Notes: generated by a model from the letters alone, not told the origin. Positions 47,792 through 57,948 are shown, counted from the stretch's first letter. The stretch is 64,000 nt of DNA from an uncultured bacterium (GCA_963746775.1 CAVVCK010000002.1:139571-203570), one strand, 5' to 3'. Program-made: numbers and translations.

Positions 47792-49261
47792 CTAGTATTC
47801 TTTAAGCTTCTGCACAAATTCATGCGCCCTAATTTTTTCTAACGCCTTTGCTTCAATTTGTCTAATTCTCTCCCGTGTTACACCAAATTCCTGGCCAACT
47901 TCTTCTAAAGTATGCCCCACTCCATCTACTAAACCAAATCTCATTTCCAAAATTTTCTGCTCTCGGGGAGTTAAATATCTAATTACTTCTTTAATATGAT
48001 CCTTCAGTAGTCTTCTGGCAGCAGATTGATCAGGTGAGATTGATTTAACATCCTGAATAAAATCAGACAATTTACTATCATCCTCGTCATCGCCGACTGA
48101 AGTATCCAAAGATACTGTATCTTGTGAGATTTTAATAATTTCACGAACTTTGTCAATATCGACTCCCATTTCTGCCGCAATCTCTTCGGGCATAGGTTCT
48201 CTGCCTAAATCTTGTACCAGCCTTCTTTCTAATTGAGTAAATTTATTAATCGTCTCTACCATATGCACCGGAATACGGATTGTTCTTGATTGATCAGCTA
48301 GTGCTCTAGTAATAGCCTGCCTGATCCACCAGGTAGCATAAGTAGAAAATTTATAACCTTTTTTATAATCAAATTTTTCTACAGCTCGAAATAATCCTAA
48401 ATTTCCTTCCTGAATTAAATCAAGCAAGGTTAAATTTCTACCAGTATATTTTTTGGCGATAGACACAACTAATCTTAAGTTGGCTTCAATTAATTTCTTA
48501 AATCCATCTTTGTCTCCCTTATCTTTTTTCTTAGCTAATTCCACCTCTTCTTGAGCAGTCAGAAGGCTGATTTTTCCTATTTCTTTCAAGTACATCTGTA
48601 TAGAATCTGGTGAAATCATAGAAAGATCAACTTTTGGTTTAGATGCTTTCTCTTTTGTATCCATTTCCACTATTGACAGTAATTTTTCCTGAGATCTGAC
48701 TATATCAATCCCAAATTTAAACAGTTTCATAATAAATTCTTCCACCTCATCTAAATGCTCTTCCACATCAGGAATATTATGTAAGATTTCATCTTCGGTA
48801 ACAAAGCCCTGCCCTCTCCCCTTTTCTACCAAATAATCTATTTTGGTTTGATCAATAGGTTTTACTTCAAATTTTTCTTCTCTAACTTTTATCTCTTTTT
48901 TCCCAAACTTTTCTTTCTTCAATACTATTTTTTTAGGTTTAATTTCTTTTCTGGTTATCGGTTTTGAATGTTCTCTCCCTATCTTCGAACTTTTAGTATG
49001 ATATTTCCTGCAAGAACGACAATAATAAACACTAGGCTCTGCTTTTGCTTTAGATTTTTTATTCTTAGGCTTATTTTGAGTCTTATTTCTTTTGCTTGGC
49101 CTATTGCTTTTTTTAGAAATACTTTTCTTTTTTTTCTTGATTATAGTCTTTTTGGATTTCTTCAATGTTTTTTTTTCTCTTTTCTTAGATTTTTTAGATT
49201 TCACCTTTTTAATAATTTTTCTTTTTGTTTTCCTTTTTAATTTAGGCTTTTTTTTGGGCAT
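47792..49261 (-). CDS. rpoD: RNA polymerase sigma-70 factor RpoD with ~110-aa poly-Lys N-terminal extension
   Basis: 489 aa. Region 2 is [40 protein letters not shown]; region 4 is [24 protein letters not shown]. The N-terminus is [27 protein letters not shown]..., where the usual acidic region 1.1 would be. Confidence 0.9.
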   Translation of the reverse strand: MPKKKPKLKRKTKRKIIKKVKSKKSKKREKKTLKKSKKTIIKKKKKSISKKSNRPSKRNKTQNKPKNKKSKAKAEPSVYYCRSCRKYHTKSSKIGREHSKPITRKEIKPKKIVLKKEKFGKKEIKVREEKFEVKPIDQTKIDYLVEKGRGQGFVTEDEILHNIPDVEEHLDEVEEFIMKLFKFGIDIVRSQEKLLSIVEMDTKEKASKPKVDLSMISPDSIQMYLKEIGKISLLTAQEEVELAKKKDKGDKDGFKKLIEANLRLVVSIAKKYTGRNLTLLDLIQEGNLGLFRAVEKFDYKKGYKFSTYATWWIRQAITRALADQSRTIRIPVHMVETINKFTQLERRLVQDLGREPMPEEIAAEMGVDIDKVREIIKISQDTVSLDTSVGDDEDDSKLSDFIQDVKSISPDQSAARRLLKDHIKEVIRYLTPREQKILEMRFGLVDGVGHTLEEVGQEFGVTRERIRQIEAKALEKIRAHEFVQKLKEY

Positions 49262-49282
49262 TTATTTAAAAATGTTTGAAAA

Positions 49283-51067
49283 TTATTTAAAACTTGATGA
49301 TATTTTATTAAAATCAGCAGTTAATTTAGTTATTTTATTATCGTCGCCTATGCTTTCTGCCTCTTTCATCTCTTTTTCTATTTCTTCTAATTTTTGGCTT
49401 GTATAAATTCTTTCAAGCCTTTTCGCTATTAATAAGGCTTCTCTTTTCAATTCTTCAAAATCTGATAATTCTTCTTCGGTAAATTCGCTTTCAAAATATA
49501 ATAAAAACTCTTTTGCTTTAAAGGCAATTTCCTGATTATTTTTCTCTATTTTCTCTATAAATTTGTTGCTGTCAAAATTATTTTCTAAGTTATTATACTC
49601 ATTTATTAACTCGCTGTAAAGTGGAATAATGTTTTTTGGTAAAAAGCTTGACTCGATATTATTTTTAACAAATTCCATAAGCTTGCTTTTCCCCAAGAGC
49701 ATGCTAAGAAGCCTTCTGGCCAAAATATCAGCTTCCTTTTCTTTTTCACTAATGACATCTTTTTCTGCTTCTTTTTCATGATTTCTCTCATTCCTCTGTT
49801 TATTCATAGTTTCCCGCAATATATTCTCCTCTACATTCAATAGTCCGGCTAATTTTTGCAGATAATGAACTTGCTCAATTTTATCAGGAATATTTTTTAT
49901 TTGAGCAAGCAATCCGGCAGCAGCGAACTTCTTATCTTCTACCTTATTTAAATCTAAATTTTTTAAAATATTCTCGAAATAATAATCCATAATAGATTTG
50001 GCAGACTTAATTGATTCCTTCCATAATTCCACATTCTCCTTAATACATTCATCTGGATCCTTGCCAGAAGGTACTTGTAAAATCTTAATATTCATACCTT
50101 TGATTTGCGCCATATCAATCCCCCTTTTGGTAGCCAGATCCCCGGCTGCATCCATATCAAAACTAAGCACTAAATTATTAGTATATCTTTTTAATAAGTC
50201 TATTTGTTCACCTGTGAGTGCTGTACCTGAAGCTGATACTACATTCTTTATACCCGCTTCATGAGAAGTAATAGTATCCATATATCCTTCTACGACTATA
50301 GCTTGATCTTTCTTTCTAATTTCTTGGCGAGCTTTATTTATTCCGTATAAGATGCGCGATTTATCGTAAACAAAACCCTGTGGGCTATTAATATATTTAG
50401 CCTGCTTTTCATCGCCAATTAAAACTCTCCCACCAAAGCCAATCACATTACCATGCACATCCCAAATGGGAAACATTAATCGGCCGCGAAATCGGTCATA
50501 ATATCCTAATCCGTTATCTTTGCGCACTACTAAACCAGACTCCGCTATTTCCTCATCTTTAAATCCCTTCCTCTTTAAAAAGCGGGTTAACATATCCCAG
50601 GAGTCAGGGGAATAACCAATCATAAATTCATCTTGGGTAATACTTTCCATTTTTCTTTTGGCTAAATAATCTCGAGCTATTTTTCCCTCTTTACTTTCGA
50701 ATAAGGCTTTATTAAAAAATTTACTGGTTAAATCTAGAATTTCTAATATTCTATTTCTTTTAGTCTGCTCTTTCGGATCCTGTCTTCTTAACTCCACTCC
50801 AGCTTTATCAGCTAACAATTTTAAGGCATCTATAAATTCTATGCCTTCTATTTTCATAATAAAGGAAAATACGTCCCCACCTTCCGAACATCCAAAACAT
50901 TTGAAAATTTGCTTTTCCTCCGAAACCATAAAAGAAGGAGTTTTTTCATTATGAAAAGGACAACAAGCGCGATAATTCTGGCCTGCTTTCTTAAGCTGTA
51001 CATATTCTCCTACGATATCAACTATATTTAGCTTTTGTTTTATTTCCTCTGAGGGTTTGTCGAGCAT
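49283..51067 (-). CDS. dnaG: DNA primase
   Basis: 594 aa. CHC2 zinc finger (CCPFHNEKTPSF...CFGC), TOPRIM (VVEGYMD, D.D..GD), C-terminal helical domain. It sits in the conserved dnaG-rpoD order. Confidence 0.9.
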   Translation of the reverse strand: MLDKPSEEIKQKLNIVDIVGEYVQLKKAGQNYRACCPFHNEKTPSFMVSEEKQIFKCFGCSEGGDVFSFIMKIEGIEFIDALKLLADKAGVELRRQDPKEQTKRNRILEILDLTSKFFNKALFESKEGKIARDYLAKRKMESITQDEFMIGYSPDSWDMLTRFLKRKGFKDEEIAESGLVVRKDNGLGYYDRFRGRLMFPIWDVHGNVIGFGGRVLIGDEKQAKYINSPQGFVYDKSRILYGINKARQEIRKKDQAIVVEGYMDTITSHEAGIKNVVSASGTALTGEQIDLLKRYTNNLVLSFDMDAAGDLATKRGIDMAQIKGMNIKILQVPSGKDPDECIKENVELWKESIKSAKSIMDYYFENILKNLDLNKVEDKKFAAAGLLAQIKNIPDKIEQVHYLQKLAGLLNVEENILRETMNKQRNERNHEKEAEKDVISEKEKEADILARRLLSMLLGKSKLMEFVKNNIESSFLPKNIIPLYSELINEYNNLENNFDSNKFIEKIEKNNQEIAFKAKEFLLYFESEFTEEELSDFEELKREALLIAKRLERIYTSQKLEEIEKEMKEAESIGDDNKITKLTADFNKISSSFK

Positions 51068-51077
51068 ATGAAGATTA

Positions 51078-52046
51078 TTATTTTTTTAACATCAACAAAA
51101 TCAACCCAATCATTTTGTCTTTTTCTTGAGGTTTAGATTCGGCAATAAACAGCGTAATAGCAGTTAGGGCTTCCGGAGTTATTTTATTCCTATAGTCAAA
51201 TCTTATTTTATTTAAAAACCAAATAAATATAAAAGCGCCGGTTCTTTTATTACCGTCACTGAATGGATGATTTTTTACAGAAAAATATAATAGATGAGCC
51301 GCCTTTTCTTCAATAGTTTCATAAACTTCAGTACCAAAAACAGCTTGAAAAACATTGCCTATGATGCCTTCTAAACCCTTTTTGCTTCTTTCCTGTGCAA
51401 ATAACCCTGTAGCTAATTTTTTCTTAATTAATTGTCTTTTAAATATTTCAATATCTTTATAAAGCTGATCAACTTGTATCCTAACATCTTTTTTAGTATA
51501 GCCATTTTGGGGTAGATTATCTTCGTCAAAAGACTCCAAAGAAAACCAGGTTGAAGCAAATGATTTTATTAATTCTAAAATATTTTCATTGGAAATTTTA
51601 TTTCCCTTTGGCAGTAATCTTTGCACTTTCTCTACCGCATCCATAAAAGACTGATAGTTTTTTTCAATTATTTTGGGATTTATAGTGTAGCCTTTTGTTA
51701 TGTGTTGCTTTAGGATTTTTGTAGCCCATTTCCTAAATTCAATAGCTTTTGCTGAATTTGTTCTGTAGCCAACGGCTAAAATAATATCTAAATTATAAAA
51801 ATTTGTATTATATGTTTTTCCATCTTCTGCAGTATGTGCAAAATTTGCACATACTGCTTTTTTATTCAGTTCTTCATTAGAAAAAATATTGTTTACGTGT
51901 TTTGTGATAACAGATCTCTCAACTCCAAAAACATCCGCAATCTGTTTTTGCGTTCCCCAAATAGTATCTTTGGAAAAATCTCCTCTAAACTTTATTTCTC
52001 CGTTTTTACCTTGATATATTACTATTTTGTTTTTTAATTTTTTCAT
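51078..52046 (-). CDS. RhuM-like N-terminal domain fused to Fic/DOC domain protein
   Basis: 322 aa. The N-terminal half resembles the virulence-protein RhuM family. The C-terminal HPFSDGNKRTGAF matches the Fic motif HxFx(D/E)GNGRxxR with one conservative change. Confidence 0.7.
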   Translation of the reverse strand: MKKLKNKIVIYQGKNGEIKFRGDFSKDTIWGTQKQIADVFGVERSVITKHVNNIFSNEELNKKAVCANFAHTAEDGKTYNTNFYNLDIILAVGYRTNSAKAIEFRKWATKILKQHITKGYTINPKIIEKNYQSFMDAVEKVQRLLPKGNKISNENILELIKSFASTWFSLESFDEDNLPQNGYTKKDVRIQVDQLYKDIEIFKRQLIKKKLATGLFAQERSKKGLEGIIGNVFQAVFGTEVYETIEEKAAHLLYFSVKNHPFSDGNKRTGAFIFIWFLNKIRFDYRNKITPEALTAITLFIAESKPQEKDKMIGLILLMLKK

Positions 52047-52055
52047 TTTATAAGC

Positions 52056-52925
52056 TTAAATATTATCCAACGGACTTCTTATATTTTTTAAAGCTGGGTT
52101 AGTTACTTGAGTATAAATTTGAGTCGTTCTAATATTTTGATGTCCGAGTAATTCTTGAACATAACGTACATCGGTTCCATTTTCCAATAAATGAGTAGCA
52201 AAACTATGACGTAGTGAATGAAAGGTTGCCTCCTTTTTTATTTCTGTCTTTTCAAGCGCCCTATGAAAAACTTTTTGCAAAGAAGCAGTTGTTAGTTTAC
52301 CACCACGATTACTTTCAAATATAAAATCATTATTATTTTTTCCAACTATTAAATTTTGAATATTATTTTTTAATTTTTCTGGAAAAACTGTAATGCGATC
52401 TTTTTTACCCTTGGCGTTTTTAATATGAATAATTAATTCTTCTAAATCAATATCTTTTACTTTAAGATTTATGACTTCGCTGACTCTAAGTCCAGCAGCA
52501 TATCCCAGGGAAACCATTAGCTTGTGTTTGAAATTATTTATTTGTAAAATAACTTTTTCGATTTCTCCCCTAGATAAAACAACTGGCAATTTTTTACTTC
52601 TCTTGGCACATTTAAAATTAATTTTATCATTCGATTTTAAAACTTCACGATAAAGAAATTTAATGGAATTTAGGGCCAAATTAATTGTTTGGGACGAATT
52701 TCCCTTCTCTTGTTTTTCTATTAAAAACAATTCAATAGCTTTATTCTTTTCTTTTATCATTTTTATTTTAGCAAAATCAAGATATTCTTCTATATAAAAT
52801 AAATAAGATTTTATAGTTTTTCTGCTGTAATTTCTTAATTTTAATAAATTTTCTGTTTTTTTTAAAATTGATTGCACGTTTATTGATAAATTAGTATAAT
52901 TCCAAGTATAGATAAAATATATCAT
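52056..52925 (-). CDS. tyrosine site-specific recombinase (XerC/XerD / phage-integrase family)
   Basis: 289 aa. Core-binding domain (KTIKSYLFYIEEYLDF). Catalytic residues lie in GLRVSEV (Arg), HSLRHSFATHLLENGTDVRYVQELLGHQNIRTTQIYTQV (HxxR, Tyr). Confidence 0.8.
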   Translation of the reverse strand: MIYFIYTWNYTNLSINVQSILKKTENLLKLRNYSRKTIKSYLFYIEEYLDFAKIKMIKEKNKAIELFLIEKQEKGNSSQTINLALNSIKFLYREVLKSNDKINFKCAKRSKKLPVVLSRGEIEKVILQINNFKHKLMVSLGYAAGLRVSEVINLKVKDIDLEELIIHIKNAKGKKDRITVFPEKLKNNIQNLIVGKNNNDFIFESNRGGKLTTASLQKVFHRALEKTEIKKEATFHSLRHSFATHLLENGTDVRYVQELLGHQNIRTTQIYTQVTNPALKNIRSPLDNI

Positions 52926-53019
52926 AAGTTAGTATAATATACAATTTATTGATATTAAAAAATAAAAAGTTTAGATAATAACCAGTTGGACGAAATTGTT
53001 CTAATTTTTTATCAAATAT

Positions 53020-53703
53020 ATGAATGATGTTTTTTTAGTTTTCGGGTACGGAGTTCCCAAGAATATCCTGAAAGACGAAAATTATAATTTTTATTTAAAA
53101 ATGGCCTTTAATAAGATTTATAGTTTTGTGGTAAAAAACAAGATTGATAAACCGATAATCATTACTTGTGGTGGCGAAACAGATATGTTGAAACCATACA
53201 AGCGTACTGAAGCCGATGAGATGATAAAATTGTTTGGTGCTTTGATTAAGGAACGACCATTTTTAAAACCAATGACCAAAAATTGGCTTTTTATTCCGGA
53301 AAATAAATCCCTTTCGACTTTGGAAAATTTATTAAACAGTAATGAGATAATTCAGAAACGGAAAATTAAAAATGCCAATTTTTTCATCTTCTGCGAGCAA
53401 ACACGTGAGAAGCGAATTAAGGTTTTGGCTAAAAAAATACTTGATAAAAATTATAATTTTCTAGTGGTGCCAATAGACTTTGATGTGTCAGCAAACAGGT
53501 ACTTACCTGCGGAATATCTGGTCAAAAAAGAAAGTGTCGAACTTAAGCATTCGTTGTGGGCTTTACAGAGTCCCGAAAACTTAAAAAAACATCATAAAGT
53601 TTTTGAGGAGAAGTTTGAATATTTCAGAAAAGTTGGTCATAAAGCACACATCAACGCCGTAAAAGAATGGTGGGATCAAAAACTTAAGGAATTAAAAAAT
53701 TAG
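53020..53703 (+). CDS. hypothetical protein, possibly DUF218/YdcF-like
   Basis: 227 aa. FLVFGYG and PIIITCGGET resemble the two Gly-rich segments of DUF218. Weak. Confidence 0.35.
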   Translation: MNDVFLVFGYGVPKNILKDENYNFYLKMAFNKIYSFVVKNKIDKPIIITCGGETDMLKPYKRTEADEMIKLFGALIKERPFLKPMTKNWLFIPENKSLSTLENLLNSNEIIQKRKIKNANFFIFCEQTREKRIKVLAKKILDKNYNFLVVPIDFDVSANRYLPAEYLVKKESVELKHSLWALQSPENLKKHHKVFEEKFEYFRKVGHKAHINAVKEWWDQKLKELKN

Positions 53704-53791
53704 AACAACATCGCACAACACGGCACATGCAGTTCGGAAATTTTGCGCAATTATAATTCAAGGTTTGCAAAATTTCCTCTCCCAAATTGCG

Positions 53792-53821
53792 CTGACGAAA
53801 TGGCAGGTTTAGTGATATAAT
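53792..53821 (+). promoter_or_regulatory. candidate sigma-70 promoter with extended -10 (cTGACG-N18-TGaTATAAT)
   Basis: TATAAT at 53816-53821 is preceded by TG at -15/-14. A TTGACA-like hexamer lies 18 nt upstream. It sits in a GC-richer leader with 10-bp inverted repeats (cggcacatgc at 53723 / gcatgtgccg at 53872). Confidence 0.35.
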
Positions 53822-54003
53822 CAAGTAAAGTGATATTAACAAATTTAATCAATAATCCACGGCGCAACTTCGCATGTGCCGATACGTTATGTGAAATAGC
53901 CAGAGATTTCTTTGTTATTTTTTAAATTTTTTGGCAATTTATTTCAACGGTCGACATAACTTACGATATTATATTAATAATTTAATTTTAACTAATATAA
54001 CTA

Positions 54004-54392
54004 TGAAAAATGAAGAAATGGGTATGGGCGTACCTGAACAAAAAACGCCTGAAATGTCTCCCGAAAAACGCGGAGAAAAAGCCAATGATTTAGTTGCAAA
54101 AATGTTAAGCAATGAAGAATGGTTAAAAAATGAAGCTGAAAGAGTCGATGCATTGATAAAAGAAAATCTATCAAAAGAGGCTAAAGGCATGGAGCACGCG
54201 TGGGTAAAATCAACAGATCCAGATTATAAAGAAAAAGTTATAGATAATTGGCTTTATCTTGGTATAGATGGCCTTGAAGAAACGAAGGAAACTTTTGGTC
54301 AAGATAGATTCGAACTTAAATGGGATATATTTAAAGCACTAAAAAGCCAAGGAGCTGCCAAAAAGGTACTAGAGATTATCGAGGGAAAATAA
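54004..54392 (+). CDS. hypothetical protein (start placed at internal MKNEEMGMG)
   Basis: The tracked ORF starts at 53931 with an implausible N-terminus. The composition downstream of Met at 54004 is protein-like. No motif. Confidence 0.4.
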
Positions 54393-54631
54393 ATTGCCAA
54401 AAAATTCTTTTTTAAAGGAATAGAAATTTCTGGCTACATTACATAACAGCGTGTATCTGGCTACGGAAAATTGGCGTCAATTAAATCCTATAGGAGTGCC
54501 AATTTTCCTCCGCCCAAATTTTCATCCCTTTATTTGATGAAGGTTTGGGTGGAGTTTAAAATATTAAGCTTATCTGATAATCAAAATAATTCCGCTAAAG
54601 TCGGGATGAAAACTTCAGATACACGCAAACA

Positions 54632-54768
54632 TTATCCAAAATTCCGCTCCGCTCCATTTTGGATAATGGGGCGCGGATGATGGGGGTTAAAGTATATTTA
54701 CCAAATAAAAAATAGTCACTAGTGCTACTCACGGAACATCGGATAACAGCGCATAAACGAAATTGCCT
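54632..54768 (+). repeat. 137-bp direct repeat copy A (about 90% identical to 55760-55895), containing perfect 11-bp palindrome TTATCCAAAAT-N13-ATTTTGGATAA
   Basis: The alignment of ttatccaaaattccgctccgctccattttggataatggggcgcggatg(a/g)tgggggttaaagtatatttaccaaataaaaaa...acatcggataaca(g/a)cgcata(a/g)ac(g/a)aaattgcct was read directly. Only the 22-nt central block differs. Confidence 0.75.
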
Positions 54769-54879
54769 AATATTCCGCTTCGCTACATATTAGACAACTT
54801 CGTTTATCCGCGCCCCATTGGACGCAATACATAACTTTACCGATAATATTTAGTTTAATTTTATTAAAAGGACAGAAAA

Positions 54880-55524
54880 ATGAATATTAACCACGCAATT
54901 AAAAAAACAGCAACCTCTTTCTGTATACTTAGTGGTGTCGCAAGTATCATTCATGGTTTTTTTGAAATACTACAGGGAAATGTGCCAGTAAAAATAGGGA
55001 AGATCTTGGCAATAGGTCCAGCGCATCGCTTCTGGGAATTCGGAGGGGAGCCAGCATTAACTATAATCCCAAATTATTTAGTAACTGGAATACTTGCTAT
55101 CATAATAAGCGTATGTTTGTTTGTATGGGCATTTATATTTATTGATAAAAAGCACAACCTTTTATGGATAGTTTTATTGACAATATCAATATTGTTATTC
55201 GGAGGTGGATTAGCACCTCCGACATTTATGATCATTTCCATTGCTGCAATATTGTTTATAAAACGAGACTTAGTATTCCGTAAATCTTCATTTATGGGAA
55301 AAATATTAAATTATTTTTCGTTCCTCTGGCCTGGTATTCTGTATTTTCAATATGTCCTTTTTCTTATAGCAATTATATCAGGTGTTAGTGGATATCCATT
55401 TTTGTGGGTCTTTGATGCAGGGAATTCTATAAAATATTTGCGTATTTATGGGTTGATTGTAACATTTATAATGGGGCCATTAACTATTATTTCTGCAATT
55501 GCAAATGATGCAAAGAAGATTTAA
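54880..55524 (+). CDS. hypothetical integral membrane protein
   Basis: 214 aa, 5-6 hydrophobic helices. It lies between the two direct repeats. Confidence 0.5.
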   Translation: MNINHAIKKTATSFCILSGVASIIHGFFEILQGNVPVKIGKILAIGPAHRFWEFGGEPALTIIPNYLVTGILAIIISVCLFVWAFIFIDKKHNLLWIVLLTISILLFGGGLAPPTFMIISIAAILFIKRDLVFRKSSFMGKILNYFSFLWPGILYFQYVLFLIAIISGVSGYPFLWVFDAGNSIKYLRIYGLIVTFIMGPLTIISAIANDAKKI

Positions 55525-55759
55525 TTATATTTTACATAAAGGACATGGTTTTAAAGTTTTACCATTGCAAATTTAGCATTGTGCTTACTATAAATCCTAA
55601 TATCTTTTAAATGGTAAAGTTATGTACTTCGCACAACAGCCGCTATACGCTCCGCTCCTCGCTCCCGTTGGTCGCTGCGGTGCTCGGGCTTCGCCACATT
55701 TTTTCTGCGCCTGCCTTCGGCTTATTCGGCGCAGAAAAAACGTTGCATAGCGGCGAACG

Positions 55760-55895
55760 TTATCCAAAATTCCGCTCCGCTCCATTTTGGATAATGGGGC
55801 GCGGATGGTGGGGGTTAAAGTATATTTACCAAATAAAAAAAGTCGGAGAGTTTACTTACGAAACATCGGATAACAACGCATAGACAAAATTGCCT
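55760..55895 (+). repeat. 137-bp direct repeat copy B (see 54632-54768)
   Basis: Same palindrome at 55760-55770 / 55784-55794. It is preceded by a 13-bp perfect GC-rich hairpin (ttttttctgcgcc...ggcgcagaaaaaa, 55699-55740). Confidence 0.75.
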
Positions 55896-55920
55896 TTCAT
55901 TTTTTAAACCAATCAATATT

Positions 55921-56265
55921 ATGTCCGAAGAACAAAAAGCATTCGAAAACAAAGAATCTACAGAACCAACACCTCGCCCCAATTTATTAGATGTTGTCAA
56001 AATTGATGGACGTTGGGCACAAACAATTCTTGGTGGCGAATGCGTCAGATATCTAGATGATGATAGTAAAGTGTTTATAAATTGGGACGACTTTATATTC
56101 GTCAAAGATTGGAAAACATTACCGGTCTGGAAAGTTAAAGAATCAACAAGTTTTACCAAAAAAGAACTGAGACAAATTCATTGGGGACCAGAGCAAGAAA
56201 AACATCCTTATCTTAGAGAAGCGGTTAGAGTTTTTGGTGAGTTTGAAAAAAGAGATAGAAAATGA
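55921..56265 (+). CDS. hypothetical protein
   Basis: 114 aa with balanced composition. The overlapping minus-strand ORF 55815-56159 is Ser/Leu-rich and antisense-like. Confidence 0.45.
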   Translation: MSEEQKAFENKESTEPTPRPNLLDVVKIDGRWAQTILGGECVRYLDDDSKVFINWDDFIFVKDWKTLPVWKVKESTSFTKKELRQIHWGPEQEKHPYLREAVRVFGEFEKRDRK

Positions 56266-56402
56266 AAGAAAGAATCGCCTAACACTGAATATCAGCAAAG
56301 GCCGAAACCACATCCGCTAAGACGAACGTCGGATCTTCAGATACGTTAAGTAAAATAAATAAGAAACATTTTATAAACCATTTATTTATATCAAAAACAA
56401 TT

Positions 56403-57029
56403 ATGCTAAAAGAAATAATAAAACCGACACGCATTAAAATTTTACTTGATTTAGCTATAACCATATTATACCTGGTTATAATTACCAATATTCCAACCTG
56501 GGGTTACGGTCAAATATTCTCCAATCTATCTTTAACTAAATTTATTTTGATTATTGGCTTAAATTTAATCTTAGTTGGCATCGTGTATTATCCATTTGTT
56601 TGCGGTTTAATCGGAATTTATAAATCAATTCATAAACCCTTTAATTACCATCATTTCCTAGTATCAGTTATTATTGTCCTAATTTTAAACCCATTTTCTT
56701 TTTATTTTATTTCAATTTTATTTATAAAAGATAACCAGCCACCAATTGAAAATCAACAAACAAAAACTTGCGGTTTGACTGTCATAAGTTTTGCTGATTT
56801 TTCAAAAGCAGAAAGTTCCGGACTAATGGTTGGCGATATTGTAACCGATGTTGATGGATCAAAAATCAACAGCGTTAATGACCTGATCGAAAATTCACAG
56901 CAGAAACAGCCAGGTGATATGACTAGCCTAGATACAGATCGTGGCATATTCAAAGTAGAGATTGTGCGCGACCCGAATAATAATGGTCCAGTTTTAGGAA
57001 TAAAATTTAAAGAAATAGATTGCCAATAA
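56403..57029 (+). CDS. membrane protein with C-terminal PDZ domain
   Basis: 208 aa with 3-4 TM helices. PDZ-like GLMVGDIVTDVDGSKINSVNDLIE...GPVLGIKF. Confidence 0.55.
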   Translation: MLKEIIKPTRIKILLDLAITILYLVIITNIPTWGYGQIFSNLSLTKFILIIGLNLILVGIVYYPFVCGLIGIYKSIHKPFNYHHFLVSVIIVLILNPFSFYFISILFIKDNQPPIENQQTKTCGLTVISFADFSKAESSGLMVGDIVTDVDGSKINSVNDLIENSQQKQPGDMTSLDTDRGIFKVEIVRDPNNNGPVLGIKFKEIDCQ

Positions 57030-57068
57030 AGATAGCTTAACAATATATAAAAATTTAATAATTCGGAG

Positions 57069-57659
57069 ATGCCTAAAATAAAAGTATTAATTGAGGGTTA
57101 TGTCAAAGAAATTAATCATAATGAATATGCTTCTTCATCAGTTACTCTTATTCACGACCATAATCTTAATATCTTAGTAGATACCGGCCTGAATCGTAAA
57201 TTATTAATTACTTCTCTGAAAAATGAAAATCTTAGTCCCCTAGATATCAATTATGTTGTGCTGACTCATACTCATCTTGATCACTGCCTCCTAGCTGGTA
57301 TTTTTGAAAATGCTCAAATTATAGATAATAGCTCTATCTATTCTTTTGATGGTAAAATCGTAGAACATAAGCATAAAATACCCGGCACTAATATCAAAAT
57401 TATTTCCACTCCCGGCCATGATCAATTTCATTGCTGTGTTTTAGTAGATACCAAAGGATATGGCCAAGTTGCCATTGCTGCTGATTTATTCTGGTGGCCG
57501 GATAATAAAATACAGCATACAGATAAAAAAAGTTTATTAAATCTTAATGATCCATACATAAAAAATAAAATTGCCTTACGCAAAAGCAGGAATAAAATTT
57601 TAAAAATTGCAGACTATATAATCCCTGGCCACGGAAAACCATTTAAAGTAGCAAAATAA
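57069..57659 (+). CDS. metallo-beta-lactamase fold hydrolase
   Basis: 196 aa. VVLTHTHLDHC is the HxHxDH motif, and downstream His residues fit (ISTPGHDQFH, PGHG). Confidence 0.75.
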   Translation: MPKIKVLIEGYVKEINHNEYASSSVTLIHDHNLNILVDTGLNRKLLITSLKNENLSPLDINYVVLTHTHLDHCLLAGIFENAQIIDNSSIYSFDGKIVEHKHKIPGTNIKIISTPGHDQFHCCVLVDTKGYGQVAIAADLFWWPDNKIQHTDKKSLLNLNDPYIKNKIALRKSRNKILKIADYIIPGHGKPFKVAK

Positions 57660-57661
57660 TC

Positions 57662-57907
57662 ATGTATCACCTCTACATCCTCAAATGCTCCGACAACACT
57701 CTCTATACCGGCATCACCACTAATTTATCCAGAAGAATCAAGGAGCATAATTCATCAAAGTTAGGTGCAAAATATACGCGTAATAGGCAACCGGTAAAAT
57801 TAGTTTACTCTGAAAAATTTAATAACCGTTCCCAAGCTTCAAAAGAAGAAATGCGCATAAAAAAATTATCAAGAGAGGAAAAGTTAGATTTGATTTATAA
57901 AAAATAG
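57662..57907 (+). CDS. GIY-YIG nuclease superfamily small protein (second paralog in window)
   Basis: 81 aa. LYILKCSDNTLYTGITTNLSRRIKEHN. Begins 2 nt after the MBL gene stop. Confidence 0.7.
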   Translation: MYHLYILKCSDNTLYTGITTNLSRRIKEHNSSKLGAKYTRNRQPVKLVYSEKFNNRSQASKEEMRIKKLSREEKLDLIYKK

Positions 57908-57948
57908 TATACTTATATTATATTAACAAAAAATAATTAACTAAAAAC

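Noticed and set aside
54471-54680. Plus-strand ORFs 54471-54680 and 55611-55883 sharing the peptide YPKFRSAPFWIMGRG, and minus ORF 55597-55785
   Set aside because: The shared peptide is a by-product of the 137-bp DNA direct repeat. The regions are GC-rich hairpin DNA, and the products are Arg/Ala-rich low complexity.
55699-55740. 13-bp perfect GC hairpin ttttttctgcgcc...ggcgcagaaaaaa as a terminator
   Set aside because: On both strands the T-run precedes and the A-run follows the stem, so it does not function as an intrinsic terminator in either direction. Noted only as a structural element.
55815-56159. 114-aa minus-strand ORF
   Set aside because: Overlaps the equally long plus-strand ORF 55921-56265. 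The plus product has a balanced composition and matches the strand of all neighbours, whereas the minus product is Ser/Leu-rich.
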